A stretch of DNA of 64,000 bases from the human T2T-CHM13v2.0 reference genome, Homo sapiens. Where the stretch lies: assembly GCF_009914755.1 (NCBI RefSeq), contig NC_060942.1, one strand, 5' to 3'. This document shows, piece by piece, positions 52,031 through 64,000 of this stretch (position 1 is its first letter; each line of letters opens with the position of its first letter). Made by a program: the position numbers and the translations under genes. The notes beneath the pieces were generated by a model that did not search any database, was not told the DNA's origin, and saw only the letters and a program-made list of their open reading frames with translations.

Positions 52031-55000
52031 TTGTCAAGTAACTTGTCAATTCTTTGTAAGTTTGCTTTTAAAAAAAATATTTTCTCCTCGCTGCCTCCTC
52101 TCTCATATTGTCCTCCTTCTTCTTAATACTAGTATTAGTATTCTTGGATATTATGAGGGCCACTGCTACTATTTTCTACCACAATTCTGCACTCTTTTAT
52201 ATTACTTAAAATTTTGCAGGATTTCTACTAAATTTATAATATATGTCAATGCCTAGTTCCAAAAATTACATGCTAAAAACAAAGATTTCCTAGTAATTAT
52301 GTTGTACTGTGATTACGTAAATGGTATTGCCCCAGCAATGATTTACCAGAATTTTACACACAAAACAGAACACATGTTTGGGAGAAAGTAAATGTATTCC
52401 TATTGGTTTAGCACTCTGCAATTGTTCATTTATTAACATTGCCATATGTGTACTACATTTACATAGGGAAGATTGTTTTTATAACCGAGAAGAAAGTAGC
52501 ACATATTAATGAAGAATGATAAGTGATATGGATTAGTATATATTATGAATTAATAATTGTCATCCTTGTTAACACAATAGTCACCAAATTATAGCAATAT
52601 TATTCGATATTATTAAAGAAATATTTGAAACACATTGCAAATATCTGGGACATTATAAAGTTTTTCCAATGCTAACTCTTTCAATCAAAAATTACAATGT
52701 AATAGATATCTTTTGGATTGACCTCCATTCATGAACTGCTCAGTGATAAATGTTGGCAGAGTCTATGTATTAGGCAAGATATTAGCATAAGACAATATAT
52801 ACTCAAAAGAATTTAATGTTGCAAATTTAACAAGGTAGCAAAGATCATTTAATATAGCAAATATTTAAGGAGGCATGTTCAGGAATAAGCTATCAACAAG
52901 TACCTAGGTGCAGTAGCAGGGAACTTTTAGAATCCTAGGTCAGAAGTGTCAAAGGAAGGATCATTTTATAAGAACCCAGTTGAAAGGTGATGGTTGAGGT
53001 AGGCACTTCCAAACAGGAGTTATAAATGTAGAAGAATGCAGCAACTGGCAAAATAGTGTTGAGATAATTAAGGGAAAAATATTACAAAATCCCTGGGTTC
53101 GGTTTCCCACTGTCCTCTGATTTCCTATGAACATCTTCCATCCGTCAAATCCAAAAAGAGGCCAAAGTGTGAGACGCTCCAGGAGATGGATTCTGTAGTT
53201 GTCACCTCCAGCACAGCAGAATGAGGCAGAGAAGGCAGAGGATGTTTCTGGGGGAGGGAAACAAACAAGCAAAAGACACATTAAACCAATAATAATATTT
53301 CATTGCTCAGAGGTGGCATGCACAGAATTTCTCAAAGCAAGAATATATTCTTATCATCTTTTACCAATGTTATCCTGAAAAATGCTACTGCTACTTTTAT
53401 TTGACAAAAATGTATATGTCAAAACTGGCTTATAAATGACTCTGCATGACAGCCTTAACCTAGGAAGAGTGTCTATGGTAGAGAATATTCATGACTTAAT
53501 ACATGTAATTGTTACTTGTTTGTCAGTGGTTAATGGACTCACTAGATGCAAAAGAAAAGCAAGGTTGAGGATTGGTCAAAGTGTATCAGGGGAAGGCTAA
53601 TTTTAATATAGTCTCAATGAGTGAAAATCTCAAAATGCATATAAATGCTCATCCAAAGTTCCCCACTAAAAAGATATTCTGTGCAATCTGTTGGGCAGCA
53701 TGATGACTCTGTGTATATGAATCCTCCACCTTCTCTCTGCCACACAGTGTGCTGTTTACTGTGCTCATGTATAAAGCAGGCATGGTATAAAATTAGAAGC
53801 TATACATAGTGTGGGCAGCATAGATTCCCCCAGTCAAGTCCTTCATTTTCAGCCTTCAATTTCCTCATAACAGCAACCAATCCTGTTCTTGGATGTGGCA
53901 CTATGCAGAAAGGAAAACTGTTATCCTGTATAGCCATTACATTATGTTTGACCCAAAAACTCATTCTTACAAAATAATTACTTACATAAGTTTGAATTTG
54001 GTTTCTCTGGCCTTCATGATTTTTCTAAAATCACCATTTGAGTACATTACACACTATCAATACATTTCACTCTATATTAATTTCAGCCAAAATAGTCATT
54101 TACCAGCCAAAGAAAGGAATCCATGAACTGATATATGTGGGATTCACAGGTTCAATCCCAACACAGATTGACTAATGAATTGATAGAATGAGCTATAGAC
54201 AATTTTTATATGGCACTGCTAGAGAAAGATTACATTATAAACTGAGTTATTATTTTGAAAATGAGTTATGTGTTTCTAACCAGTTACCAACACATACAGT
54301 TTTCTTTCCTATAAGTTACATATAGGTGTTCAGGAATCAAAGAGTAAAGTGAGTACCCCTTATCACTAATGACATACTCAAAAATTGCTTCTTGCCTCTT
54401 TCAAGAAGAAATTGGTCTTGATTTCTTGATTTATCTGGTCTTGTTGGGTTTGGAAGTCTTAGTATCCAAGAGGAAACTTTCAGTGCTTGCTCCTGGTTAT
54501 GGTAGACTGATTCATGTAAGGAAGTCAGATGCAAAACATGACACGCAGACGCTTCACCCCAGGAAATTAAAATGCCACATCAGATGTTTTGAAGAAGATA
54601 ATTTCATGTGTCATGTTTAAATGATGTCAAGATAAAAATTAAATTAGTTACACTGTAAGCTAAACATAACTGCAGGGTAGTTTGTCCAAATGGCAGCTAT
54701 AAACAGTGGTAGGTATGACTTAAACTAGTCTTCACTAAAAAATGTGAAAATAAGACTCAGTCATTCTTTGCCTTCTTTCTATATTTATTTGAGAAATTAA
54801 CAAATTTCAGATAAAACCAAGAATTACTGGGACACATACTCTATACAACACAATATTTAAATTGAACACAATATCTCTGTACATAAGAAATATAAGAATT
54901 CGATTTAATTTATTTTACTTATTTTTTCATCAACTAGACAAGAAATATATTATTCTGCACTTATCTTCATTTTCATTTTAATACCAATGCCTTCATTCAT

Positions 55001-55317
55001 TATATTATACTTGTTATATTACCAACTCAGTTCACTTCAGAAGCAGTTTAGGCTGTGCATTATGTGATATTACACAATAATACCTAATTTAAGGTATATA
55101 TATAGATAGACTTATAAATATATAGTTCTAGTTCAAGTGAGACACAAGTTAACAACATTATAAACAAAGCTACAGAAGCAGCTCCTATAAGCAATGAAGA
55201 GTCATGGAAATATTTTAAATAAGTGAACATAAGGTACAATTTACCTTTGGAAATATCATCCTGCCAGTAATGTGGACTATAGATAAGAGGGGTATAATGA
55301 TGGATGCTGTAAAGTAC

Positions 55318-55770
55318 TGTGTAGATTCTAGGATTTTACCCTTTTTACAAATAAGATGAGATGCCTGGGTCAGTAGCAAATAAGTTTATCACTCTTGGCA
55401 AAATGAGTGCCCAGAACTTCAAGTTCATTTGTATTGGTTCCCTATGCCCCCTCTTCCCAGCGCATGTCCCATGAGGTCTACAGAAAACTATTATGGATAG
55501 CTGCACACACTGACTTGCATTACAGGAGAGTAATATTGAGTCAGAGAGATTCACAGTGTTTATGGGAAGTGGAAAAAAGCCAGCTCATCTCTCAAATACA
55601 ACCTTGAGAAATGGCCTAAGAGTTGTCAGAGCCTTGCATTTTTTGCATAACTAGTAAAAACATGCAGGCATGCTCAAGATCCCTGGCAGATTATGTCTCT
55701 CAACAGACAGGAGGACAGCTGGAACTTGCTGGTTTGTTCCTGAACCAAGACAACAATGCTGAGGAGAAGG
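55318..55770 (-). mobile_element. Old ERVL-type LTR remnant (LTR40-like; uncertain)
   Basis: gattctaggattttaccct...gagatgcctgggtcag...tttatcactc resembles old ERVL LTR ends. Confidence 0.4.
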
Positions 55771-55807
55771 ATAATGATAATACTGTCAAGAAGAAAAATA
55801 TTAAGAC

Positions 55808-55952
55808 TATGTATAAATATATAAATATTACATATAAAATTTACTTAGGTGTATATTTATATATACATGTATATTTATACATTGTATATATAGTAAATAT
55901 ACACATACATACACATTCATATGTGTGTATGAGTGTGCATGTTCACGTATGT
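55808..55952. repeat. (TA)/(CA)/(TG)-rich low-complexity tract
   Basis: tatatacatgtatatttatac...acacatacatacacattcatatgtgtgtatgagtgtgc. Confidence 0.7.
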
Positions 55953-56832
55953 TTAAATCTTGTGTCTTAAAATCTCAGATAAAGAAACAGAATTTGAACT
56001 TAAAATCCCTTGAATCTGAAGCTAGTTCTCTTCTGCTATAAATAGAAAATTTTGCAGTGAGTATTAGAAATATGAAAAAATAGCAAATGTCAATAGTAAT
56101 CAATGATGAGTTGAATATAAACAGTAACAGAAAGTGAGACATTGAGAATTATACTGTCATTAATTTATATTGATAAAATTTAACTAAAAAGTTTTTTTTT
56201 GTTTTTTTACAAGCATTTGTTAAGGATTTTAATGTTGGCTTGTTAAGTTTTTAGATTTCAACGAGAAAACTGAATGTGTGTGTATTCATTTAATAGGATT
56301 TATAGAGCTCAAAACAGCTGACATCACCAAATATTAAAATAGAAAAAGTCATTAATACATGCTATCGTACCCCATGATTATTCATCTAATCTTTTATTAG
56401 AAAATGTGATTCTCTTGAAATCTTATCCTTTTTCATCATTTGCACAGCAAAAACTAACTATAAATTCTTCTTTCCCTATTACTTTACCCAATCAGCTAAA
56501 ATTTGCTGGAAAAAAATCAATCAACATTGCAGATTTGTGCCAATAAATCATCCCCGACTTATGCTCGCCTCCCTCCCACCCATCCTTAGGCTTACACTTC
56601 TATTAGTGCTTGTGCATTTTCCATCCCTGACTCTTCCTGAATGTCATTACCCCTGTGTCTCTTCCACTTATTTAATTCCTATTTGTTTCACTTTTAGCAA
56701 ATAAATTGAATTTCTATTTTTACAATTAATTGATTTTTTTTTTTACTGACTTTCTCTAACTTCTATTTTTTCATAGGAAATCTTTTCCAAAACTCCAGGA
56801 CCCTCCTTTTTTGCATTTCAGAAGATGAAGGT

Positions 56833-57128
56833 GGCTGGGCACGGTGGCTCACGCCTGCAATTCCAGTACTTTGGGAGGCCGAGTGGGGAGGATCACCTGA
56901 AGTCAGGAGTTTGAAACCAGCCTGGCCAATATGATGAAACCCTGTCTCTACTAAAAATACAAAAATTTGCTGGGCATGGTGGTGGGCACCTGTAATCCCA
57001 GCTATAGGGGCCTGAGGCAGGAGAATCACTTGAACCCAGGAGGCAGAGGTTGCAGTGAGCCAAGATTGCACCAGTGCACTCCAGCCTGGGTGACAGAGTG
57101 AGACTGTCCCAAAAAAAAAACAGAAAAC
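56833..57128 (+). mobile_element. Alu, AluSx/Sz-like
   Basis: Full dimer with gatcacctgaagtcaggagttt and A-tail; degenerate agaaga..gaagg flanks. Confidence 0.93.
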
Positions 57129-58146
57129 AGAAGAGGAGAAGGAGGAGAAGGGTGTCTTTTCTAATTTTTTTTTAGTTTTATAGGTAAAATCATTTATTTT
57201 TACCCTTGGTCTCATTTCTTCTTACCTCTTCTAAAACCTTGTCTTACCAATTATTTCATCAATTAAGCTATATTGCTATTGCTATTTTCTTTTCAACTAG
57301 AAACTTGCTTACCTTGCTTACTATATATGTATATCCTGAGTCAAAAACAATTCCTACATACCCTTTTGTTAACGTTTTCAATTTTTCACCTACATCTCTT
57401 GAGAATAATCTTCATTTCCCAGATACAACACCACATAATTTATTTGCTCCTCAACTCAATGCAGTCTGACTGTTGAATCACCAGTCTACTAAAACTGTTC
57501 TTCTACTGACATCAATAACATTTTTCCCCCATACCGTCCCAATCCTACAGTTACACTTCCATTATTTTTAATCTTATCACTCTGTAGCAGTATCAAAATA
57601 CTGCCTTCTGCTTGACTTTCATGACGCCACACATTCTTGATTTATCGTCAACATTTCTGATCATTTCTTCTCTGTCTCTTTCTTGGGCTCTCTTCTCTGA
57701 CAAGTCTTCTTAATCCACACACTTCCTCTGGGTGATTCAATCTACCACCATGACTTCAAATATGTTTATATACAGAATTCCCAAATATATGTTTCAAGCC
57801 TCCAGACTGTTTTCTGAGCTCCAAAAACCAAAAGTTTGTTGGCTATTTCCTTTTGGATTCTCTACAAAAGCCACAAATTCAGAAGGCCCAAACATGTCCT
57901 GTCTTCCTTTCACATCTCCTCTTCCCTCATAAAATCTTATACAGGCCTCATTTCATTTTTTGGCACTGCCAAGCAGTGAGTAGAGCAAGGTAGGAACTTT
58001 GGAGTCACCCTTTTCTCTGCTATTTTCTCACATTCATACCCTCTCTTCTGTGAAGTTCCCAGCCCTTCCACTGTCCCAGTTCAGGCACTCATTTCTTGCT
58101 TTAAGTCATGCAGCAGCTTCTGAATTACTTTCTGATATACAATCAC

Positions 58147-59076
58147 TGTAATGATTAATATTAGGTGTCAACTTGACTGGATTGATGGATGCCTAGAAGG
58201 CTGGTGTATTCATCCATTTTCATACTGCTGTGAAGAAATACCTGAGACTGGGTAACTTATAAAGAAAAAGAGGTTTAATGGACTTGCAGTTTTACATGGC
58301 TGGGGAGCCTCACAATCATGGTGGAAGGTGAAGGAAGGAGGACGAAAGGCATGTGTTACATGGGCAAGTAAGAAAGCTTGTGCAGGGGAACTCCCCTTTT
58401 ATAAAACTATCAGATCTTGTGACACTTACACACTATCAGAACAGCCCGAGAAAACCCATCCCTTTGATTCAATTACCTTGCACCCAGTCCCTCCCACCAA
58501 ACATGGGGATTATGGGAGTTACAGTTCAAGATGAGATTTGGTTGGAGACACAGCCAAACCATAACCACTGGTTAAGTGTTGTTTTTTGGTGTGTCTGTGA
58601 GGGCTTCGCCAGAGGAGACTAACATTTGAGTCCGTGGACTGGGAGGGAAAGACTCACCATTGAGGATGATGTAGGAGGGCACCATCCAATCAGCTGCCAG
58701 TGAGGCTGGAACAAAGCTTCTGGAAGAAGGGCTAAGCAACTTGACTACACTTCCCTTCAGTATTTAAATTCTTGCTACTTTGGCCCCTCATGCCATGATT
58801 CATCAAACCGAACTGCTTATATTCTTAATTACCTATTTGTCTCATGTGTAGAGCTTGCTTACACCTTCTCACTCTCTCTCTCTTCCTGTGTCAGATGCTT
58901 GCATCCTCTCCTCCTGCCCTTGGACATCAAACTTCAGACTCTTTGGGCTTTGGGTTCTGGGACTTGGACCAGCAGACCCAAGGGGCTCTCGGGCCTTTGG
59001 ACACAGACTGAAGGCTGCACTGTCAGCTTCCATGGTTTTGAGGCATTCAGATTTGGAGAGGACCCTGACTAAAACA
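58147..59076 (+). mobile_element. MLT2A/B-like ERVL solo LTR
   Basis: tgtaatgattaatattaggtgtcaacttgactggattg ... gaccctgactaaaaca; perfect 5-bp TSD atcac (58142-58146, 59077-59081). Confidence 0.9.
58205..58566 (-). mobile_element. THE1C-like solo LTR nested in MLT2
   Basis: tgtattcatccattttcatactgctgtgaagaaatacctgagactggg...gacacagccaaaccataacc; TSD gctgg/actgg. Confidence 0.9.
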
Positions 59077-59704
59077 ATCACATTCTCCTCAAATCCTTCA
59101 TCTATAGAAGTAACTAAAATATTATCCTGACCACACTACCTCTCTTCTAAGAATGCTTCAATGTTTCCCACCATGAACAGGATAGGATTCAGACTCTAAC
59201 ATGTCACGATGAGTAGTTAGTCCTCTGACTACGCTTTTCTTTAGAATTTAAATTCTTGCTACTTTGGCCTCTTATGTCGTGACTCATCAAAATGAGTTGT
59301 TTATATATCTTGAGTCCCTCTTTGTCTCATGTGTGTTTGTCTTGTAATGGCTCCCGGCTTTTTATTCATTAAGTCCCAGTTCTCATGATTTTGGAAGCAA
59401 TCTCCAACTTTTTCTTTCTAGTTTGGTTGAAAGTATTTTTCTATTGTTTCATAACATTCTGAACCCTTTGCTGCCACTGGTAAAATCATTTTAAGTGTCC
59501 TACATTATTCCACAATTAACTTATCATGTGATCCAATATCAGATCCATGGTCACCAATGTGTTGTACACACTCCCACGGAGCACAGAGTTATCTATTTGT
59601 AGGTGAAAAATACATAGAATTTTCCCTTTATTTTGCTTTTGTCTGTAGTTGCCTAATTCATTTTTGTTTTACTAAAATGTGTGTAACTTGTTAATATAAG
59701 GTGC

Positions 59705-59741
59705 TATATATATATATATATATACAGAGAGAGAGAGAGAG
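59705..59741. repeat. Compound (TA)n(GA)n microsatellite
   Basis: tatatatatatatatatatacagagagagagagagag. Confidence 0.9.
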
Positions 59742-60097
59742 TAATTAAATTAACATACACAGATTAGAAACGTGAGCCCAAAATCTTTCTGATAGGAGTA
59801 TGGTATCAATATATTTCAAGCCCTCTGCCCTGTTTAACCACATTTTCCATGGGACAAGAGCTGTAATCCTTTTAACTTGGTATTGCAAATCCCAGGCTGG
59901 AGAGATTTCTGTTATCTAAGCCAATGTCTCTTAAACTGCTGTTCATAGGTTACTTGGGAAATATTTCCCTGATATCTTGGTTAAAAATTAAATTTTGGGT
60001 GCCTTCTGATTTGAAATCTGTCATTGTGTAGATTACAATTTTTTTTACACCAGTCTAACATCCTTATGAATAATGACGTTTAAAATCCCTCACTTGT

Positions 60098-60402
<305 letters not shown>

Positions 60403-61489
60403 TCACTAGTTGTAAGCATTCAACACACCCTTATGTGAAAGTAAAAGTTTGAATATGCAGGGGAGTTAATATAGCATGACATAGTGCTACGACTGGCTGC
60501 ACGGGCAGGCTCAGATTGCAGATATGAGGGTTAGGGGAGAATAAAACAGCCTAGGAGGTATTAATACTTAATACTTTTCTAAAGTTTCTAAGTGAAACTG
60601 GTTGAGTTTCTCTGTAGGAGTCAGTGCCTTAGTAAATTCTCTTTCAGGATACTCATATAACAGAAAATACATACTGAAATAAAACTTAAAATATTAAAAA
60701 ATGTGCCATATATATTATAATTAACCATTATTACCAACTCTAAAATCCTCACCCAAGAAATAATTAGTGAAAGAATTTATGTTGCACACTGCATTTGCTC
60801 CTACAGAGATGCAAGGGAAGTTGTCCAATGAAATCTTGCACTTCCAAGAGTCTTCACAGACAAGGTCTTGGATCGATATCACTTGGAGCTACCAATTAAT
60901 CCCAGGTTGATTAACATTTAAAATATGGGAGAGAATACAGTGCTAGTGTGACACTAAAATCAATGTCTTTATTGATGTGAAAACAAGAAAAGTGAAGTTG
61001 GCATTATTTGCTCCTTCTTTGGACTTTTGTAGAACAGGATTAGAAGTTCTCTGCGAGTGCATTATCTCCTCCGATTTTCATATATGTCTCAAATATGTTC
61101 TCCGTGGGGAAATAGGTACCTCATGGTCTGAAACAGATTTTACAATTTTAATTAGAAAGGCAACTTTCAGATGAAGGGTTCAGAAAGCATTCAGTATGTT
61201 GGATGTTTTTGTTATATGAGTTCGATATCAGTCATGATCCAACCAGGAACTCGAAACCACCTCAAACATTTAAAACAGAGAGAATTAAAGCTTTCTCATT
61301 GTTGATATAGGTAATGTACTGGAACATTTTATTTCTTTTGATTTTTGGCATGTATTTTCTTCTCTCCATATGTTACTACCATTTAATGTATTTATGTCTT
61401 CACCTTCAAAAACAGAAAATAATAGTAATCTTACCCTCTCCTCAAAGAATGGGTACACAAAGTCCTATTAGTCTTTGAATTCATCTCAG

Positions 61490-62017
61490 ATCAGAATTCC
61501 CTGAGAATGAGCAACCCAGCCTGTCAGGTTGTAACGTGCCTCCTTAAGATTTGGTCAGGGTTATTTAGAGGTAGGAGAACCCAAAACTTTATGCTGCATA
61601 TGTCTGAGCCCATAGTTTTTCTGCCATTATTGGGTTTCTATGGTCTTCTATCATCCTTTGCTAATGAAAATTGAACTAAAAAAAAATCAGGGGATTTAGA
61701 TACAGTCTCCCCCGTTCTATTGTGTAACAGCAACATAATCTCCACCTGAAGAAATTATGGGGATTAATCTCAGCTGAAAGTGTGATTTTTTTCTCTGCCT
61801 ATTGGTTTAGGGGTGTAGGGAGCCAAATACATCCTAGTGGTCATGTTTTATTTTAATTATCTGAGGCCATTTTTGTGACCTCCACTGGAGCATTTTGCCC
61901 TTGGGCACGTCTAATCAGCAAAGCGTCTAGTTTCAGAGATGAAAAGCAATCATGAAAGAGGATCTATAATTTGGCCCCTTCACTTTGAGAGAAATACCTC
62001 TGCTTCAAATAACAGGC

Positions 62018-62049
<32 letters not shown>

Positions 62050-62830
62050 TTCCTAATTGGACCCTATTGGAAACACTGAGGATGCCCATTACAACTACAG
62101 ACTGAGGAAATGGGGAAATAGCCACTAGATGCGAGTGTGTACCCACTGGACCCACTATACACAGATTCACACCAAACATCCATTTATCTCATACTCTAAA
62201 TGGGACTCCAATACAATCGGGGGAACATGGTGACTTTTCTTTTTGTGTCTCCAGGGAATAGCAGCAATCCAGGGCTTCTGTGTCCCAACCTCTGTGAATT
62301 CTGGATATTTTCTTTTCCTCACTAATACCAGGGCTACAACTTCTTTTGGGGAAGGCTTGAAAGGACATTTTTTGTGTATACCCAAAGAATTATTTAGGAT
62401 ATCTTCCTCTTCCTCAGCCTCCCTTTCAATTACGGGGCTGTTGCGTGGGGATTAGGCTATGTTAGGGAACCGTTTATTTTCAAGAATTATTGTAGAAATT
62501 CAAGCCAGGTTTCTAATCACGAGACCTAGATTGTTCCCAATTATATAGATACATTACATTTTAATAGTTTACACATATATTTAATTGCTAAGGGCTCATG
62601 ATCAATTAGGTACTTCCACATATCCCCAGTGTTCATTCTGGCAATTGTAACTTGTACATTTCTAAATATTAAATCTTTTATCTGACTTTTCTTGGTTCAG
62701 AATTTCGTAATTTTTCCTTAAACTCAGGAATTCGATTTTAATAGCCACATTTCCCATATCCACTCCATCCTTCAGAAAACAGTTACTTCCAGAACTGTTT
62801 AAGGGCCAGGGTATCACCTTCACTAACATG
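61490..62830 (-). mobile_element. Ancient ERVL-type internal sequence (HERV16/MLT-int-like)
   Basis: Minus strand resembles ERVL protease-region (ggacacagaagcc...attccctggagacacaaaa) and downstream pol-region (cccaagggcaaaatgctccagtggaggtcacaaaaatgg) sequence; no intact frame. Confidence 0.55.
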
Positions 62831-62831
62831 C

Positions 62832-63370
62832 AGAACTACCATTAGGCCCAGCAATCCTATTACTGGGTATATATCCAAAGTAGAATCAATTATTCTACAA
62901 AAAAGACATACACATTTGTATGTTCATCACAGCATTCACAATAACAAATACATGGAATCAACCTAGGTCTCCATTAATGGTGGGCTGGATAAAGAAAATT
63001 TAGTACATACACACCATGAAATACTGCACAGCCATAAACAAGAATGAAATCATGCAATTTGCAGCCACGTGGATGCAACTGGAAGCCATAATCCTCAACA
63101 AATTAATGCAGTAACAGAAAACCAAAGACCACATGTTCTCACCTGTAAGTCAGAGCTACACTTTGAGTGCATATGAATGTAAAGGTGGGAACAATAGACA
63201 CTGAGGACTAGCGAAGCCTGCAAAACTACCTCCTGAGTACTACGCTCACTACCTGGATGGTGGGCTCATTCGCACCCCAAACCTCAGAGTCATGCAATAA
63301 ACCCATGTGAAAAACCTGCACATGTAACCCTTGAACCTAAAATAAAAGCTGAAATTATTTTTTAAAAAAG
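62832..63370 (+). mobile_element. L1 3' fragment (L1PB4/L1PA17-like)
   Basis: agaactaccattaggcccagcaatcc...ggatgcaactggaagccat...aacctgcacatgtaacccttgaacctaaaataaaag. Confidence 0.88.
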
Positions 63371-63499
63371 AAGCAGCCAACCTACTCTGCGGTATTTGTA
63401 TTATCATTACATTGTGGCCATATGATTATCGTACCCTCTAGTTGATATACTAAAATGTTGCTTTCATCTTAAATAACTGCAGTTAATAATTTATCTTGT

Positions 63500-63891
63500 T
63501 TTATAATGGGTATCCTAGAAAAAGATTCTGCACAGAGGGTAGTGTACAGGATATTTATCAAGCAGCATCTTTGAGATATACAGCTGTGGGAAGAGGGGAG
63601 GGATATTTTGAACAATGAGGCAAGCCCAGTGTAGCCTTTGTCAACCACACAGAGACCTTCAGGATTGTTCCAAACTGGGCTACAATTGCAAAGCCTTTAA
63701 ATATCTATTTGATCAGTCACTCTATGTCAGCTGCTCATAGAAGTAATGTAACCTTTTGCCCAATAACTCTCTATAGCTGAAGCAATTCGTGAAGGAGCTT
63801 AGAACTAAAACTGTTTTCCAGTTATATCCCTAGGAGTTGAAGCATTTCCTTGAATTTAAGGAGCTCTGGGATGCACATCACAGTATCCACA
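63500..63891 (-). mobile_element. LTR16-family (LTR16C-like) ERVL LTR
   Basis: Minus strand starts tgtggatactgtgatgtgcatcccaga and contains tgactgatc...tttaaaggc, ttcccacagctg and gataaatatcctgtacac. Confidence 0.65.
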
Positions 63892-64000
63892 GTATTGGAT
63901 TTTCTGCCTGACAGTAGATTATCACTGTGTTCACACTGAAACAAGCAAGAAATTGTATTTCAGAATCCCATCCTCCATCGCTGTGCTTCCAGGGATGTTC

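Larger units (their letters stand above)
57440..59500 (+). mobile_element. L2 LINE remnant, interrupted by MLT2
   Basis: Pyrimidine-rich L2-like motifs (aaaactgttcttc...acatcaataac; ttgactttcatgacgccacac; gaactttggagtcaccct; ttcaatgtttcccacc) on both sides of the MLT2 insertion. Confidence 0.6.

Noticed and set aside
56763-57215. 150-aa ORF and similar short ORFs at 2469, 4384, 25742, 36968, 46261 and 60158
   Set aside because: Typical Alu-derived translations.

Overview
AT-rich primate (human-like) non-coding genomic DNA, dominated by decayed interspersed repeats. It contains about a dozen Alus, several L1s (two near-full-length minus-strand copies), a full-length THE1A MaLR carrying an LTR12C solo LTR, an MST element, an LTR9B-like solo LTR, nested MLT2/THE1C LTRs in an L2, ERVL remnants and small DNA transposons. 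I found no credible protein-coding gene, RNA gene, CRISPR array or novel multi-gene system. Every sizeable ORF in the track is explained by L1, Alu or LTR sequence. The most interesting observations are structural or regulatory: a twin-primed inverted L1, two templated non-transposition insertions inside LTR elements, an LTR promoter cluster at 27.9-34 kb, a three-octamer LTR9B, and an 80-bp segment with splice signals on both strands. Repeat family names come from my recollection of consensus sequences and need RepeatMasker/Dfam confirmation.
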